IMG/VR virus record: IMGVR_UViG_3300020042_008321
Span: 1-31,822 of that record
DNA length: 31,822 nt
Source: a virus
Taxonomy: Duplodnaviria; Caudoviricetes
Reading direction: 5' to 3' (one strand)
Position numbers and translations under genes: made by a program. The notes beneath the pieces are model-generated. The model worked only from the letters and a program-made list of their open reading frames with translations. It did no database searches and was not told the DNA's origin. This document shows positions 1-10,656 of this stretch, one piece after another. Position 1 is the stretch's first letter; each line of letters begins with the position of its first letter.

Positions 1-2
1 CA

Positions 3-3000
3 ATAAGTCAAAACTCAAGAAACTCTCAAGGAAATTATGACGCTATGCTTGGCATAACTACTAATTTTAATTTTACTTATAATCAAGATGGTGGATATGA
101 TTGTTCAGTAAGACTAATGGCATTAGGAATTCTTGGAGACTCTATAAAAATAAATAACCCAGGAGTACTTCCAGATTTATTAACAGAGGAAATATTGCAA
201 TTGAATAATACACTATTGCAAATAAGCCAGCAACAATTACCTGAAGTACCAATAGATCCACTATTAGCTAATACACCAGACCCAACAAATGATATACTAG
301 CTAACTTAGTTAGTGGATTAGCATTAAATATACCTGGAGTTATTCCACAAAAACAGTTTTCTGAAACAGATCTAAAAACAATTGCATTTGCTAATAATAA
401 TCTAGACAGTCAAAGAGCAGATAAAAGAATTAGGGAGGCTTTAAGTGATGATGGAGACAGAATAGCTATTTTTCCATATACGGCAGATTTTAAAATAGAC
501 AATTTAGTTCAGTATAATTCTTTAGATAAGAAAAAGTTTTATCAACTAGATTACTATATGGGAAGATCTAGTAGATATATAATAGGAGATCTTAATTTAG
601 TTTTAGATCAAAAACAGACCTATACAAATATAGGAATAGATATCCCAGCCCTTAAAGAAAGAAACCTAAAATCATTCCCAGGACAAACTGTACAACCATT
701 TTTTCAAATAGTATTTAATACAGAAAAAGCAGTATTGAATAAAGACGCTAGTAGTGATCGTCAAGTTTTTGGAGCAGGAACAGGAGATATCGTATATTAC
801 AAATATGTAATACAATATAAAAATAGTTTAGGAAAGCAATATTTTTTTACTATTGAATTAGATCCTGGAGTATATGCTAAAGATCCTGTAACCGGTGCTT
901 CATATAGATTACTACTAAATCCTAAACAAAGAAAAGATATAATAGAAAATATATTATCTAATGGAGAGAATGTTTTTAGGAATAATAATCTAGCTTTTTC
1001 TCAAAACATATTTAGTGAGGCCGTAGGATGGCCGTTTTTTTCCTATCAATTTAATCTACAATTAAAATACGATTATAATAGCTCATTTAAAGCTCCAAGC
1101 GGAAATCAAATTAATCTTGAGGCTTCTACTAACGCATTAATTAAATTTAATGATAGTAGTTTATTTACATCGGATATAATTCCATCAAATGATACTGCAA
1201 TATTAACTTCGTTCGGAAGAAGTATAAGAGACAGAGATTTAACAAGTCAAAATATAAATAATGTAGTAAATACTGAAGATGAAAATAAAGCTCAACAAGC
1301 ACTTAGTACTCAAGTAGCTCAAGCGCTAAATTATCAATCTTCTTTAGAAATCATTTTAAGAACTATAGAAGTTCATGCTTTAAATAAAGCTATAAATCAA
1401 AAAGAATCACCTGATTTAACTATAGGCAAAAGAGTTTATACTAATGAATTTTGGAATGACAAAAGTGAAAAGAAACAATTTGCAGAGCAGATATTTTCTA
1501 GCGGTGTATTCAGTACTTTTATTAAAGACTTAATAAACGATGATATAAAACCAAAAGATATTGCCTATACTACGGAAACAAAAATGGATCCATTAGAAAG
1601 ATTTAGAATACAATCTAAGTATGGATTCTCTAGTAATTTAATGGGTAATAAAGCTGCCCTAAGTGAATTAGCAGGGCGAAATGTAAATTTTCAAGAGTTA
1701 TTAAGAGCATTTGTTGTTCCTTATCAGATCAATCAAGAAATTATAAAAGGAACTCAAACAAACCACCCGGTTTATATACAGTTGGGATTGTTATTGATGA
1801 TATTAAATCATACATGTACTATATACGATACAAAAAAAGATTTTCAAACACCATTAGTATATATTGACTTTAATCCTGAATTAAACTTTTTTCTAACTAA
1901 CTCAAAACAATTATCAACTAATCCTTGGAAAACACTGATTCCTTTTGAAGGAACTTTTGAAGATTATAAACAATTATTTGATAAAGATATATTAGATGGT
2001 GAAAAAAGAGATGCTATCAAACCACCTTCAGGATCTATAGAATCTACTCCGCTATTTAATCCTAAAACAGATGATAAATTATCAGGATCACTTCCCAAGT
2101 TAAAAAAAGACAAACTTGATGATAATGTATATAGAGGTAAGGTGATGAACATTTTACTTAATATAGATTACTTAGTTAACTTAACTCAACAATATAGTGC
2201 AAAAGATAGCATAAATAATGTTTATCTCAAACCATTTTTAGAACAGATATTATCTGATCTTAATAAGTACTTAGGTAACTTTAATGCTTTTAGACTTTCT
2301 TATAGTGATGCTGGAAATACTTTTCAAATAACTGATGATCAGTTTGTTCCATCACTACCAGGTGAAGATCAAATTTCGCCAACTAATAGAACAGAAATTC
2401 CTTTAATAGGCAAATTTTCTATAGCTAAATCATTAGAGATAAAAACAGAAATGAGTAGTAAGCTAGCTAATATGTTAGCAATATCTGCAAACTCTGATAT
2501 CAAAAATAAATCAACTCTATCTACTAATGGTAGTAATGTTGGTTACATAAACACTAATTATACAGATAGATATATTACAGATAGACAAGAACCTACTGGA
2601 AGTACAAATAAGTCTCGTGAATTAGACACACTAAAAACAACTGCAGCAGAATTTAATCAAACGATCTCAGACTTCTATAGTAAAATAAATCCTTCAGAAG
2701 CAACAGTTTCTCATGCTACAAGTTATTACATAGATAAAATGAGTAGGATCAAAAATGATGATTATGCTACTAGAGCATCAGCCATGATACCTGTGTCATT
2801 AAATTTTACTACAGATGGAATAGCTGGTATGTCAATGGGACAGGCATTTACTGTTAGTGAAGAACTTCTTCCTTATACTTATACTACAAAAAAAGTTGCT
2901 GGTGCTCCAACAGATTATATAAACAAAGTTGGATTTGTTATGGTTGGTCTTACTCATACTATAGAAAGCAATCAATGGAATACAGCAGTTAGGGCTAACA

Positions 3001-3566
3001 TGATTTTTTTAAAGGATGCTACATCTTTTACTGGAAGTGTCAGCGCAGTAGAAAACAGAGTTGGAGAATTTGGAATTGACGCTAGTAATCAATATGATTA
3101 TTCTAATGTAGTAGCATCTAATGTTTCTATACCAACAGGAGACTCTAGAAATAATATACTAAATGCTATAAATAAAGTTTCTGCTAATGTTGGTATTAAA
3201 ATGTTAGCATTAGCCCATGTTACAATTGAAGGATATAGCCCAGGAACTTTAGCTTACGTAAATAATAATCCTGGAAATTTAAGATCTACTCAAGGTCCAT
3301 TTAGAGTATTTCCTACATTACAAGATGGAGTTCAAGGTTTAATTGATTACATATCTAGAGCAGCTAATAAAACAAATGTAGCTTATAAAAATGCAAATAC
3401 TCTTGCTGAATATATAAATGTATATGCTCCTCCTAGTGAAAATCAGACGAGTTCTTATATTAGCGGAGTTCTTGGATATTTTAAAAAATTAGGAGTAAAT
3501 GATTTTAGTGCAAATGCTTTACTAAAAGACATTATTTCTTATAATAAAGATATAAAACTTGCATAA
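3..3566 (+). CDS. Large virion structural protein (baseplate hub/tail-associated) with C-terminal lysozyme-like peptidoglycan hydrolase domain; 5'-truncated by the window edge
   Basis: The frame is open from base 3 (ISQNSRNSQGNYDAM...), so the ATG at 45 is probably internal. A hub-like segment (SLNFTTDGIAGMSMGQAFTV...HTIESNQWNT) is followed by a C-terminal domain with EG...NNNPGNLR...F.TLQDGV...YAPPSENQT..Y, typical of phage virion-associated lysozyme-like domains. Confidence 0.6.
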   Translation: MSQNSRNSQGNYDAMLGITTNFNFTYNQDGGYDCSVRLMALGILGDSIKINNPGVLPDLLTEEILQLNNTLLQISQQQLPEVPIDPLLANTPDPTNDILANLVSGLALNIPGVIPQKQFSETDLKTIAFANNNLDSQRADKRIREALSDDGDRIAIFPYTADFKIDNLVQYNSLDKKKFYQLDYYMGRSSRYIIGDLNLVLDQKQTYTNIGIDIPALKERNLKSFPGQTVQPFFQIVFNTEKAVLNKDASSDRQVFGAGTGDIVYYKYVIQYKNSLGKQYFFTIELDPGVYAKDPVTGASYRLLLNPKQRKDIIENILSNGENVFRNNNLAFSQNIFSEAVGWPFFSYQFNLQLKYDYNSSFKAPSGNQINLEASTNALIKFNDSSLFTSDIIPSNDTAILTSFGRSIRDRDLTSQNINNVVNTEDENKAQQALSTQVAQALNYQSSLEIILRTIEVHALNKAINQKESPDLTIGKRVYTNEFWNDKSEKKQFAEQIFSSGVFSTFIKDLINDDIKPKDIAYTTETKMDPLERFRIQSKYGFSSNLMGNKAALSELAGRNVNFQELLRAFVVPYQINQEIIKGTQTNHPVYIQLGLLLMILNHTCTIYDTKKDFQTPLVYIDFNPELNFFLTNSKQLSTNPWKTLIPFEGTFEDYKQLFDKDILDGEKRDAIKPPSGSIESTPLFNPKTDDKLSGSLPKLKKDKLDDNVYRGKVMNILLNIDYLVNLTQQYSAKDSINNVYLKPFLEQILSDLNKYLGNFNAFRLSYSDAGNTFQITDDQFVPSLPGEDQISPTNRTEIPLIGKFSIAKSLEIKTEMSSKLANMLAISANSDIKNKSTLSTNGSNVGYINTNYTDRYITDRQEPTGSTNKSRELDTLKTTAAEFNQTISDFYSKINPSEATVSHATSYYIDKMSRIKNDDYATRASAMIPVSLNFTTDGIAGMSMGQAFTVSEELLPYTYTTKKVAGAPTDYINKVGFVMVGLTHTIESNQWNTAVRANMIFLKDATSFTGSVSAVENRVGEFGIDASNQYDYSNVVASNVSIPTGDSRNNILNAINKVSANVGIKMLALAHVTIEGYSPGTLAYVNNNPGNLRSTQGPFRVFPTLQDGVQGLIDYISRAANKTNVAYKNANTLAEYINVYAPPSENQTSSYISGVLGYFKKLGVNDFSANALLKDIISYNKDIKLA

Positions 3567-4195
3567 TGCTTAGATACTACCCTGCATTTAAAATAGATAC
3601 AAATAAATCCACAGCAGGTGGAGAGTATACTTTAAAAGGTAAGTCTTATAAAGGTAAATACTATAAAACATATGACAATAGAGCATTTACAGGTGTTTCA
3701 CCAGAAACAGGACCTAGTGAATTATTAACTTTAATTAATAAATATGAAACCGCACCAGGTTTAAATAGTGCTAATTTATCTGATAGAAGTAAAATAGATT
3801 TAGCTATTAGAAGTAACTTATCAACTACAAGAATTCCTGGTAAGCCCAATAATTTCTATCCACAACCAGATTCAGATGATTATAAACGTGGTTACATAAC
3901 AAGATACTTTACTAAGAAAGAAAATGAAAGAGGTTTTATAATAGAGATATCAAAAGATGAGTACAACAATATTGTTAATGGAGATACAGATTATGATATA
4001 TCAATATACCAAGTAACACAAATATTGTGGAAGTTAACTGGTCCTTTAAAAAGCACAAGAACTTCACAATACAATGTAATTCCAGGTATAATCGATACAA
4101 ATCAAAGGCTTACAGAATCTGCAAATATAAACTTCTTTGGCATTATTGATTTTATTGGAGGCGACTATATAAAATTTGCAAAGCCTACTATGTAA
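3566..4195 (+). CDS. Hypothetical phage protein, probably structural
   Basis: 209-aa ORF coupled to the upstream gene by a TAATG overlap; no catalytic motif recognised. Confidence 0.6.
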   Translation: MLRYYPAFKIDTNKSTAGGEYTLKGKSYKGKYYKTYDNRAFTGVSPETGPSELLTLINKYETAPGLNSANLSDRSKIDLAIRSNLSTTRIPGKPNNFYPQPDSDDYKRGYITRYFTKKENERGFIIEISKDEYNNIVNGDTDYDISIYQVTQILWKLTGPLKSTRTSQYNVIPGIIDTNQRLTESANINFFGIIDFIGGDYIKFAKPTM

Positions 4196-4248
4196 TTTGT
4201 TTATGCTGTATAAGATATATGTCTTATATTAGCTATTAATAATAGGTT

Positions 4249-5544
4249 ATGTACTTCATCATTGAAAATAAAGAGCAGTTAGATCGTTTAGAAGTGTCGG
4301 ATCAGTCATTCATTCAAATAGTTACTTCAAATGATTATTATCATTCTAAGTTAACTAGAGTTAGTTTAGTTTATTATAATAATTCTAAGAAAGGCTATGT
4401 ATTTGTAATTAATCACTGTGAAGGATTCTCACTAGATCTTAAACTAGTTGAAGAGTTTTTGCAAAAGCATACTAAGGTTTACTTACTAGATAAGAAAATG
4501 CACTCATATTTTCTTGATCTTCCTCAAGCTATTGACGTACAATTCATTTGTATAGATAAAAATAATGAGTATAGCTCTTTTGAATGTAATACTCCGGTCC
4601 ATAGAGACTTTTATATGAGGTATCCTGTAATGCCAACTATAAATGAAGTACTACCGATATCTAAACACTATCAAAAGTGCGAGTGTCTTTACAAAATGGT
4701 AAAAGACTACTTTGAATTAGAGATGGATATAGATCTTCAAGAGAAGTTAGTAGATGCTTATAAACATGTTGAAGAAACAGGAATACAAGTAGATCTTTCA
4801 TGCCTAAATAAAAAATACCAATTCCAGCACCCAGAATACTCACTCTTAGGAAATACTATCTATTCTAATTATAATTTATATAATTTAACAGCAAGACCAA
4901 CTAATTCTTTTAACGGAGTTAACTTTCTAGCAATTCCTAAAGACAAAGACTTTAGAGAGTGTTTTGTACCAAAGAATGACTATTTAGTTGAGTTTGACTT
5001 TGATGCTTACCACTTAAGATTGATATCTAGGTTAATTAGGTTTGAGCCGCCTAAAGATTCAATGCACAACTACCTTGGACGCGCATATTTCAACGTGGCT
5101 GAGCTTACTGATGAACAGTATAAAGAATCAAAGGCCATTACATTTAAGCAGCTCTATGGCGGTATAGAACCACAATATAAAGATATAGACTTCTTTAAGT
5201 CTCTAGATGAATATATAAACAATGAGTGGAAAAAGTATAATGCGCACAAAGCTTCTGTACTACCTACAGGAAGGATCTTAAAAAAGCTTCCTGGTATGAA
5301 TAAGCTCAAATTGTTTAATTATATTATCCAGAACCTGGAGACTAAAGAGAACATCTATAAGATTTTGGAGATCAATAAACTTCTCAGTAATAAGAAAACA
5401 AAGCTAATCTTGATCACATACGATTCTTTCTTATTTGACTTCTCTAAAGAAGATGATAAAAACACGCTAAAAAACATTAAAACAATACTAGAGGGCGGAA
5501 ATATGGTAGTTAAACATAAGTACGGAGTAAACTACGCTTTCTAA
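4249..5544 (+). CDS. Short, degenerate family A DNA polymerase-like protein
   Basis: TARPT (cf. TGRLS), motif A-like EFDFDAYHLRL, motif B-like YKESKAITFKQLYGG, FNYIIQ and motif C-like ITYDSFLFD. Only 431 aa, with no recognisable DxE exonuclease motif. Confidence 0.8.
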   Translation: MYFIIENKEQLDRLEVSDQSFIQIVTSNDYYHSKLTRVSLVYYNNSKKGYVFVINHCEGFSLDLKLVEEFLQKHTKVYLLDKKMHSYFLDLPQAIDVQFICIDKNNEYSSFECNTPVHRDFYMRYPVMPTINEVLPISKHYQKCECLYKMVKDYFELEMDIDLQEKLVDAYKHVEETGIQVDLSCLNKKYQFQHPEYSLLGNTIYSNYNLYNLTARPTNSFNGVNFLAIPKDKDFRECFVPKNDYLVEFDFDAYHLRLISRLIRFEPPKDSMHNYLGRAYFNVAELTDEQYKESKAITFKQLYGGIEPQYKDIDFFKSLDEYINNEWKKYNAHKASVLPTGRILKKLPGMNKLKLFNYIIQNLETKENIYKILEINKLLSNKKTKLILITYDSFLFDFSKEDDKNTLKNIKTILEGGNMVVKHKYGVNYAF

Positions 5545-5584
5545 TATATTATCAATATTTATTAACAGTATATAAAAAGAGGTT

Positions 5585-6013
5585 ATGGAAGAAATGAAAC
5601 TAATAGAAATCACGTCTGAATCAATTATGAATAAGTTATTTTGTACCTTTTCATCTAAAGAGGGTCTTGATGAGACTCTAAGAGAGATCAATAAAGAGTA
5701 CACCATCCTATATAAAAAGATCTTTGTTCTGGCTTCCCAAGACTCGGAAGAGTTCTTATGCACTTACAATATCGAGATTGAAGGATCACAAACTAAGATC
5801 CTTCCGAATACAATCCTTCTTCACAGAAAGAAAGATTCAAATACACTCTATACCATTAACGCATTAAACACTTTGATCAAACAATTAAATGGTGGAGTAC
5901 TAGATACATCTTTTGCTATTAACTGGCAAGACTATAAGAATAGTGTCTTGTTGACTCAAGGAGATGATCTCAAAAGATTAAACACTACTATCCATAAGAT
6001 AATTGCTGTTTAA
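5585..6013 (+). CDS. Hypothetical protein in the replication module
   Basis: 142-aa ORF between the PolA-like gene and the SSB; GGTT-ATG start context. Confidence 0.65.
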   Translation: MEEMKLIEITSESIMNKLFCTFSSKEGLDETLREINKEYTILYKKIFVLASQDSEEFLCTYNIEIEGSQTKILPNTILLHRKKDSNTLYTINALNTLIKQLNGGVLDTSFAINWQDYKNSVLLTQGDDLKRLNTTIHKIIAV

Positions 6014-6074
6014 CTTCGAAGAACGATTTTTCTATCGTATCTTATTGTCTTACATTTATTCAAATTAGTTACAT

Positions 6075-6887
6075 ATGGATATATCCGTTTTAAAGTCAAG
6101 ACTGTCGGCTCTGCAAAATCCACGCGGAGGACAAAAGAAAGACCTATCCCAGACTATCTGGAGGCCTACCGTGGGAAAACATTCAGTACGTATTGTACCT
6201 TCTAAGTTTGACAAGCAAAATCCATTCAAAGAGGTTCTAATGCATTATGGTATCAACAACAGAACCATGATGAGTTTGGCTAACTTTAGTGAAAAGGATC
6301 CAATTGTTGAATTTGCTCAAGGACTTCGCAAGTCTGGAGACAAAGAAAACTGGTCTCTTGCTAAAAAGCTAGAACCCAAAATGCGTATCTTTACACCTGT
6401 TATTGTACGAGGTGAAGAAGATAAAGGCGTTAGGCTTTGGGAATTTGGTAAACAAGTTTACATGGACTTGTTAAGCATTGCTGAAGATGAGGACGTAGGA
6501 GATTACACAGATCCTATTACAGGTCGTGACATTACAGTTGAAACAGCTGGTAAAGAAACCACTGGTTTAATGTATAACACTTCAACTGTTAGGGTTAGAA
6601 CAAAATCCACACCACTTTCAGATGATGCTGATAAGGTAAAGACTTGGCTTGATAACCAACCTGATCCTTTGACACAATTCAAAAAGTATTCTTATGATGA
6701 GATGAAAGAGGCTTTGCTTAAGCATCTTAATCCAGAAGAAGAGTTGAAAGAACAAGCTGATGCTGTTCAAACTAAACCAACCGGAGATCTTCCTTGGGAA
6801 AAACCTCAAGCACCGGCAGAATATGTATTGAATACTTCAAAAGCAAGCGTTGATTCCTCGATTGACGATCTCTTCAGTGATCTTTAA
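6075..6887 (+). CDS. Single-stranded DNA-binding protein (T4 gp32-like)
   Basis: W.P..G...VRIVP, GVRLWEFGKQVY and DYTDPITGRDITV motifs; acidic C-terminal tail SIDDLFSDL; lies next to the recombinase. Confidence 0.8.
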   Translation: MDISVLKSRLSALQNPRGGQKKDLSQTIWRPTVGKHSVRIVPSKFDKQNPFKEVLMHYGINNRTMMSLANFSEKDPIVEFAQGLRKSGDKENWSLAKKLEPKMRIFTPVIVRGEEDKGVRLWEFGKQVYMDLLSIAEDEDVGDYTDPITGRDITVETAGKETTGLMYNTSTVRVRTKSTPLSDDADKVKTWLDNQPDPLTQFKKYSYDEMKEALLKHLNPEEELKEQADAVQTKPTGDLPWEKPQAPAEYVLNTSKASVDSSIDDLFSDL

Positions 6888-6918
6888 TAAAATCCCCGGT
6901 TATAAGCCGGGGTTTTTT
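6888..6918 (+). terminator. Rho-independent terminator
   Basis: CCCCGG(T)-TATAA-(G)CCGGGG stem-loop followed by TTTTTT, directly after the SSB stop codon. Confidence 0.85.
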
Positions 6919-6934
6919 AACTAAACAGTTTCGT

Positions 6935-7996
6935 ATGGCAAAATCATTAACAAGTACTATAAATAGTGCAATAAAAGGCACTATTGATTTAGAGAAATTT
7001 AAAAAGGGAAAAAACCTTTCAGCAGGCGTTGTATTTAAAGAGCAAAGGTGGATACCTCTATCTCAAGCATTTCAAGATACACTTCAAATCCCAGGTATTC
7101 CTCTTGGTCACATCACTCTTTTAAGAGGGCATTCTGATACAGGTAAAACAACAGCACTTCTTGAAGCAGCAGTTTCAGCTCAAAAGATGGGCATTCTTCC
7201 TGTGTTTATTATTACAGAGATGAAATGGGATTGGAGTCACGCTAAAGAAATGGGATTTCAATTTGAAGAAGTAGCAGATCCTGCAACAGGTGAAGTAATT
7301 GATTACAAAGGATTCTTTTTGTATATTGATCGTGAAAGACTAGAGTGTGTAGAAGACGTAGGCGCTTTCATTGCTGATATTCTTGATGAACAGAAAAGAG
7401 GTACGCTTCCTCACGATGTTTGTTTCTTCTGGGATTCTGTAGGATCTATTCCATGTAGAATGAGTATCGAAAAGTCAAGCAATAACAATGAGTGGAACGC
7501 AGGAGCCATGTCTCAAACATTTGGTAACTTTATTAATCAGAGAGTTGTACTGTCTCGTAAAGCATCACAGCCTTACACTAATACTCTTGTAGCAGTTAAC
7601 AAAGTATGGGTTGCAAAACCTGACTCTCCGATGGGCCAACCTACCATGAATAACAAAGGTGGTAATACAATGTACTTTGACTCTTCATTAATTGTTACTT
7701 TTGGTAACATTGCTAGAGCTGGAACAAACAAAATCAAAGCCACTAAAAATGGTAAAGAGGTTGAGTTTGCTAAAAGGACTAGAATTAGTTGCGACAAAAA
7801 TCACGTGACTGGTGTCACTGCTGTCAACAAAGTTATTATGACAGTACATGGATTTATCAACGATGATAAAAAAGCTCTTGATGAATACAAGAAGCAATAT
7901 TCAGATCAGTGGATGAAAGTTCTAGGATCAACATCATTCGATATAGTTGAAGAAGACACACCGCTATCACCTGATATTTTTGATACAGCAGACTAA
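6935..7996 (+). CDS. recA: RecA/UvsX-like recombinase
   Basis: Walker A GHSDTGKT, Walker B FFWDSVG, and the RecA-like VNKVW...KGG..M.F.S segment. Confidence 0.85.
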   Translation: MAKSLTSTINSAIKGTIDLEKFKKGKNLSAGVVFKEQRWIPLSQAFQDTLQIPGIPLGHITLLRGHSDTGKTTALLEAAVSAQKMGILPVFIITEMKWDWSHAKEMGFQFEEVADPATGEVIDYKGFFLYIDRERLECVEDVGAFIADILDEQKRGTLPHDVCFFWDSVGSIPCRMSIEKSSNNNEWNAGAMSQTFGNFINQRVVLSRKASQPYTNTLVAVNKVWVAKPDSPMGQPTMNNKGGNTMYFDSSLIVTFGNIARAGTNKIKATKNGKEVEFAKRTRISCDKNHVTGVTAVNKVIMTVHGFINDDKKALDEYKKQYSDQWMKVLGSTSFDIVEEDTPLSPDIFDTAD

Positions 7997-9006
7997 TGAA
8001 TGAAGAAATGAAAAAAATATTCGACTCTTTAAAAGAAGAAACAGTCGAAAACCATGTTGATAGTAGGGTGCTTCTTGTAGACGGCTTAAACACCTTCTTA
8101 AGAGCATTCACTGCTATCGGGTGGGTAAATAAAGATCTATCACACATAGGAGGATTAACAGGCTTTTTACGTTCATTAGGTTACGTAATTAAATTAATTA
8201 GGCCGACTAGAGTGATATTAGTATTCGATGGTCAAGGTGCATCAACAAATAAAAGATATATCTATCCAGAATATAAAGGTAATAGAGGTCTTAAAAGAGT
8301 CACGAATTGGGATTCATTTGAATCACAACAAGACGAATCTGATGCAATTACCAATCAGATAGTTAGATTAATATACTATCTAAAACAACTTCCAGTTGAT
8401 ATGCTTTCGATTGATAAGATTGAAGCAGACGATGTTATCGGTTACATCACAGGAAAATTAACCGGAGAGGTTACAATTGTATCTTCAGACAGAGATTACT
8501 TACAGCTAGTTTCAGATAAAGTAACAATCTATTCTCCTACTAAAAAGAAGTTCTATGATAGAGAGCTCGTACTAAAAGAGTACGGCGTAACGCCAAAGAA
8601 CTTTCTAACTCAAAAGATACTTCTTGGAGATTCTGGAGATAATGTACCTGGAGTAAAAGGCCTTGGAAGTAAGACTATGCTCAAGTTGTTTCCACAACTA
8701 GGTTCTGAAGAAGAGATTAGTTTAGATAATATATTGCAATCTTGTGAAGGAAAGGCTAAGATACTAGAATCTATTAAGAACTATCAGTATCAATTAAGGA
8801 TCAATAAAAAGTTAATGGACTTAAAAGATCCTAATATTCCAGAAGAGGCACTAGAAGAAATAAATAGTTTGTTACTCAGTCCTTCGAAGGAGTTCAATTC
8901 AAAAGAATTTCTTAATTTGTATCATGAAGATGAATTAGGCAACTCTATACCTAACGTGTATACATGGTTGTTTAATCACTTTAACGAATTATCAAAATAT
9001 AAATAG
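7996..9006 (+). CDS. 5'-3' exonuclease / flap endonuclease (T4 RNase H-like)
   Basis: LLVDGLN, VFDG, YPEYKGNR, EADDVIG, SSDRD and the H3TH motif GDSGDNVPGVKGLG. Confidence 0.92.
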   Translation: MNEEMKKIFDSLKEETVENHVDSRVLLVDGLNTFLRAFTAIGWVNKDLSHIGGLTGFLRSLGYVIKLIRPTRVILVFDGQGASTNKRYIYPEYKGNRGLKRVTNWDSFESQQDESDAITNQIVRLIYYLKQLPVDMLSIDKIEADDVIGYITGKLTGEVTIVSSDRDYLQLVSDKVTIYSPTKKKFYDRELVLKEYGVTPKNFLTQKILLGDSGDNVPGVKGLGSKTMLKLFPQLGSEEEISLDNILQSCEGKAKILESIKNYQYQLRINKKLMDLKDPNIPEEALEEINSLLLSPSKEFNSKEFLNLYHEDELGNSIPNVYTWLFNHFNELSKYK

Positions 9007-9008
9007 TT

Positions 9009-10394
9009 ATGGCGTCATTAAATCAGTTACAACAGTACGGTGTTAGTTTTCAAATCAAGGTAATGTCTAGTTTGTTGAAACATAAAGAGTTTCTTCAAAA
9101 CATAAACGATATTCTTGATACTGAAATGTTTGATAATCCAGCACATAAGTGGATTGTTGGTGAGATTCTAAGATATTATTACAAGTATCACACTACTCCA
9201 TCACTTGATGCACTTCAAGTAGAAGTAAGAAAGATAGAGAATGAAGTATTGAAAGTCAGTGTCATTGAGCAACTTAAAGAAACGTATAAATCAGCTAATG
9301 AGGATAGGGAATATGTAGAGCAAGAGTTTAGCAGCTTTTGTAAAAATCAACAGATTAAAAAAGCTATCCTTAATTCTGTTACGTTGTTAGAGAAAGGTCA
9401 ATATGATGATATCAAGTATATGATGGATCAGGCTTTAAAAGCAGGACAAGAAAAGTCTATCGGTCATGAATATGAAAAAGATATTGAGACAAGGTATCGT
9501 GAAGAAGAGCGTGCAGCTATTCCTACATCATGGCCACATATCAATGAACTTCTTATGGGAGGACTTGGTAAAGGAGATCTTGGTCTTATATTTGGTAATC
9601 CTGGTGGAGGAAAGTCATGGATGCTAGTCAATCTAGGAGCTATGGCTGTACAAAGAGGCCACACTGTGTGTCATTATACCTTAGAACTATCTGAGTACTA
9701 CGTAGGCAAGCGTTATGACTCTTTATTTACAGGAATAGATGTACAACAGGTTCATAAGCATCGCGGCGCCATTGAGGAAGCAGTTGGCAAATTGAAAGGC
9801 AAACTTGTTATTAAAGAGTTCCCTATGGGAAAAGCAACAATCCACACAATTGAAGCACACATTCAGAAGTGTTCAGATTTAGGCTATCCTCCAGACTTGG
9901 TTATTATCGACTATGTTGATCTATTAAAGAGTAAAACAAAGTCAATAGATCCTAAAGATGCCATTGATGATGTCTATACTGCAACAAAAGGTATGGCAAG
10001 AGAGCTTAAAGTACCTATCTGGACAGTATCTCAGGTTAATAGAGCAGGTGCAAAGGATGATGTTATTGAAGGAGATAAAGCCGCAGGATCTTATAATAAG
10101 ATGATGATTGCAGACTTTGCTATGTCATTATCAAGAAAGAGGCAAGACAAAGTTAACGGTACGGGCCGTATGCATATTATGAAAAATAGATATGGCATGG
10201 ATGGAATGACCTACTCTGCCAAGATAAGTACTAATAATGGTCATATTGAAATTAATCCTGATAGCCTTAATGATGACGAATTGACATTTGATACATCTAC
10301 TCCTACCAGTGGTTCAAACAAGCCATTTAGTTCTGGGTTAGATAGAGATGAGAAGGCTTATTTAGCAGGAAAGTTTTTTGAGTTAGGCTTGTAA
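9009..10394 (+). CDS. DnaB-like replicative helicase (T4 gp41-like)
   Basis: Walker A GNPGGGKS, YTLELSE, VIIDYVDLL, WTVSQVNR and KNRYG. Confidence 0.92.
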   Translation: MASLNQLQQYGVSFQIKVMSSLLKHKEFLQNINDILDTEMFDNPAHKWIVGEILRYYYKYHTTPSLDALQVEVRKIENEVLKVSVIEQLKETYKSANEDREYVEQEFSSFCKNQQIKKAILNSVTLLEKGQYDDIKYMMDQALKAGQEKSIGHEYEKDIETRYREEERAAIPTSWPHINELLMGGLGKGDLGLIFGNPGGGKSWMLVNLGAMAVQRGHTVCHYTLELSEYYVGKRYDSLFTGIDVQQVHKHRGAIEEAVGKLKGKLVIKEFPMGKATIHTIEAHIQKCSDLGYPPDLVIIDYVDLLKSKTKSIDPKDAIDDVYTATKGMARELKVPIWTVSQVNRAGAKDDVIEGDKAAGSYNKMMIADFAMSLSRKRQDKVNGTGRMHIMKNRYGMDGMTYSAKISTNNGHIEINPDSLNDDELTFDTSTPTSGSNKPFSSGLDRDEKAYLAGKFFELGL

Positions 10395-10437
10395 ATTAAC
10401 CTGAAAAGGCTATATTTATTAGAGAAAATAGACTAAT

Positions 10438-10656
10438 ATGAATTTTTTGATTGACTTATTTAGAAAGGCATTAAAGGGAGACAACTTTAGGTTAACTAAC
10501 TCTCCTCTTAAGTACAATGATAAAATTGCACAACTTAACTCAGCTCAACCAAATCAAGCTAGTAAGTTGAATACGAATACCATAAATAAGATTCAAAAAA
10601 CTACGTCTACCTTAACTCAATCTACGTCAAAAGGATCTACTTTACCAGGTAGCTAA
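10438..10656 (+). CDS. Small basic hypothetical protein
   Basis: 72-aa ORF preceded by an ATATTTAT motif at 10412-10419. Confidence 0.5.
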   Translation: MNFLIDLFRKALKGDNFRLTNSPLKYNDKIAQLNSAQPNQASKLNTNTINKIQKTTSTLTQSTSKGSTLPGS

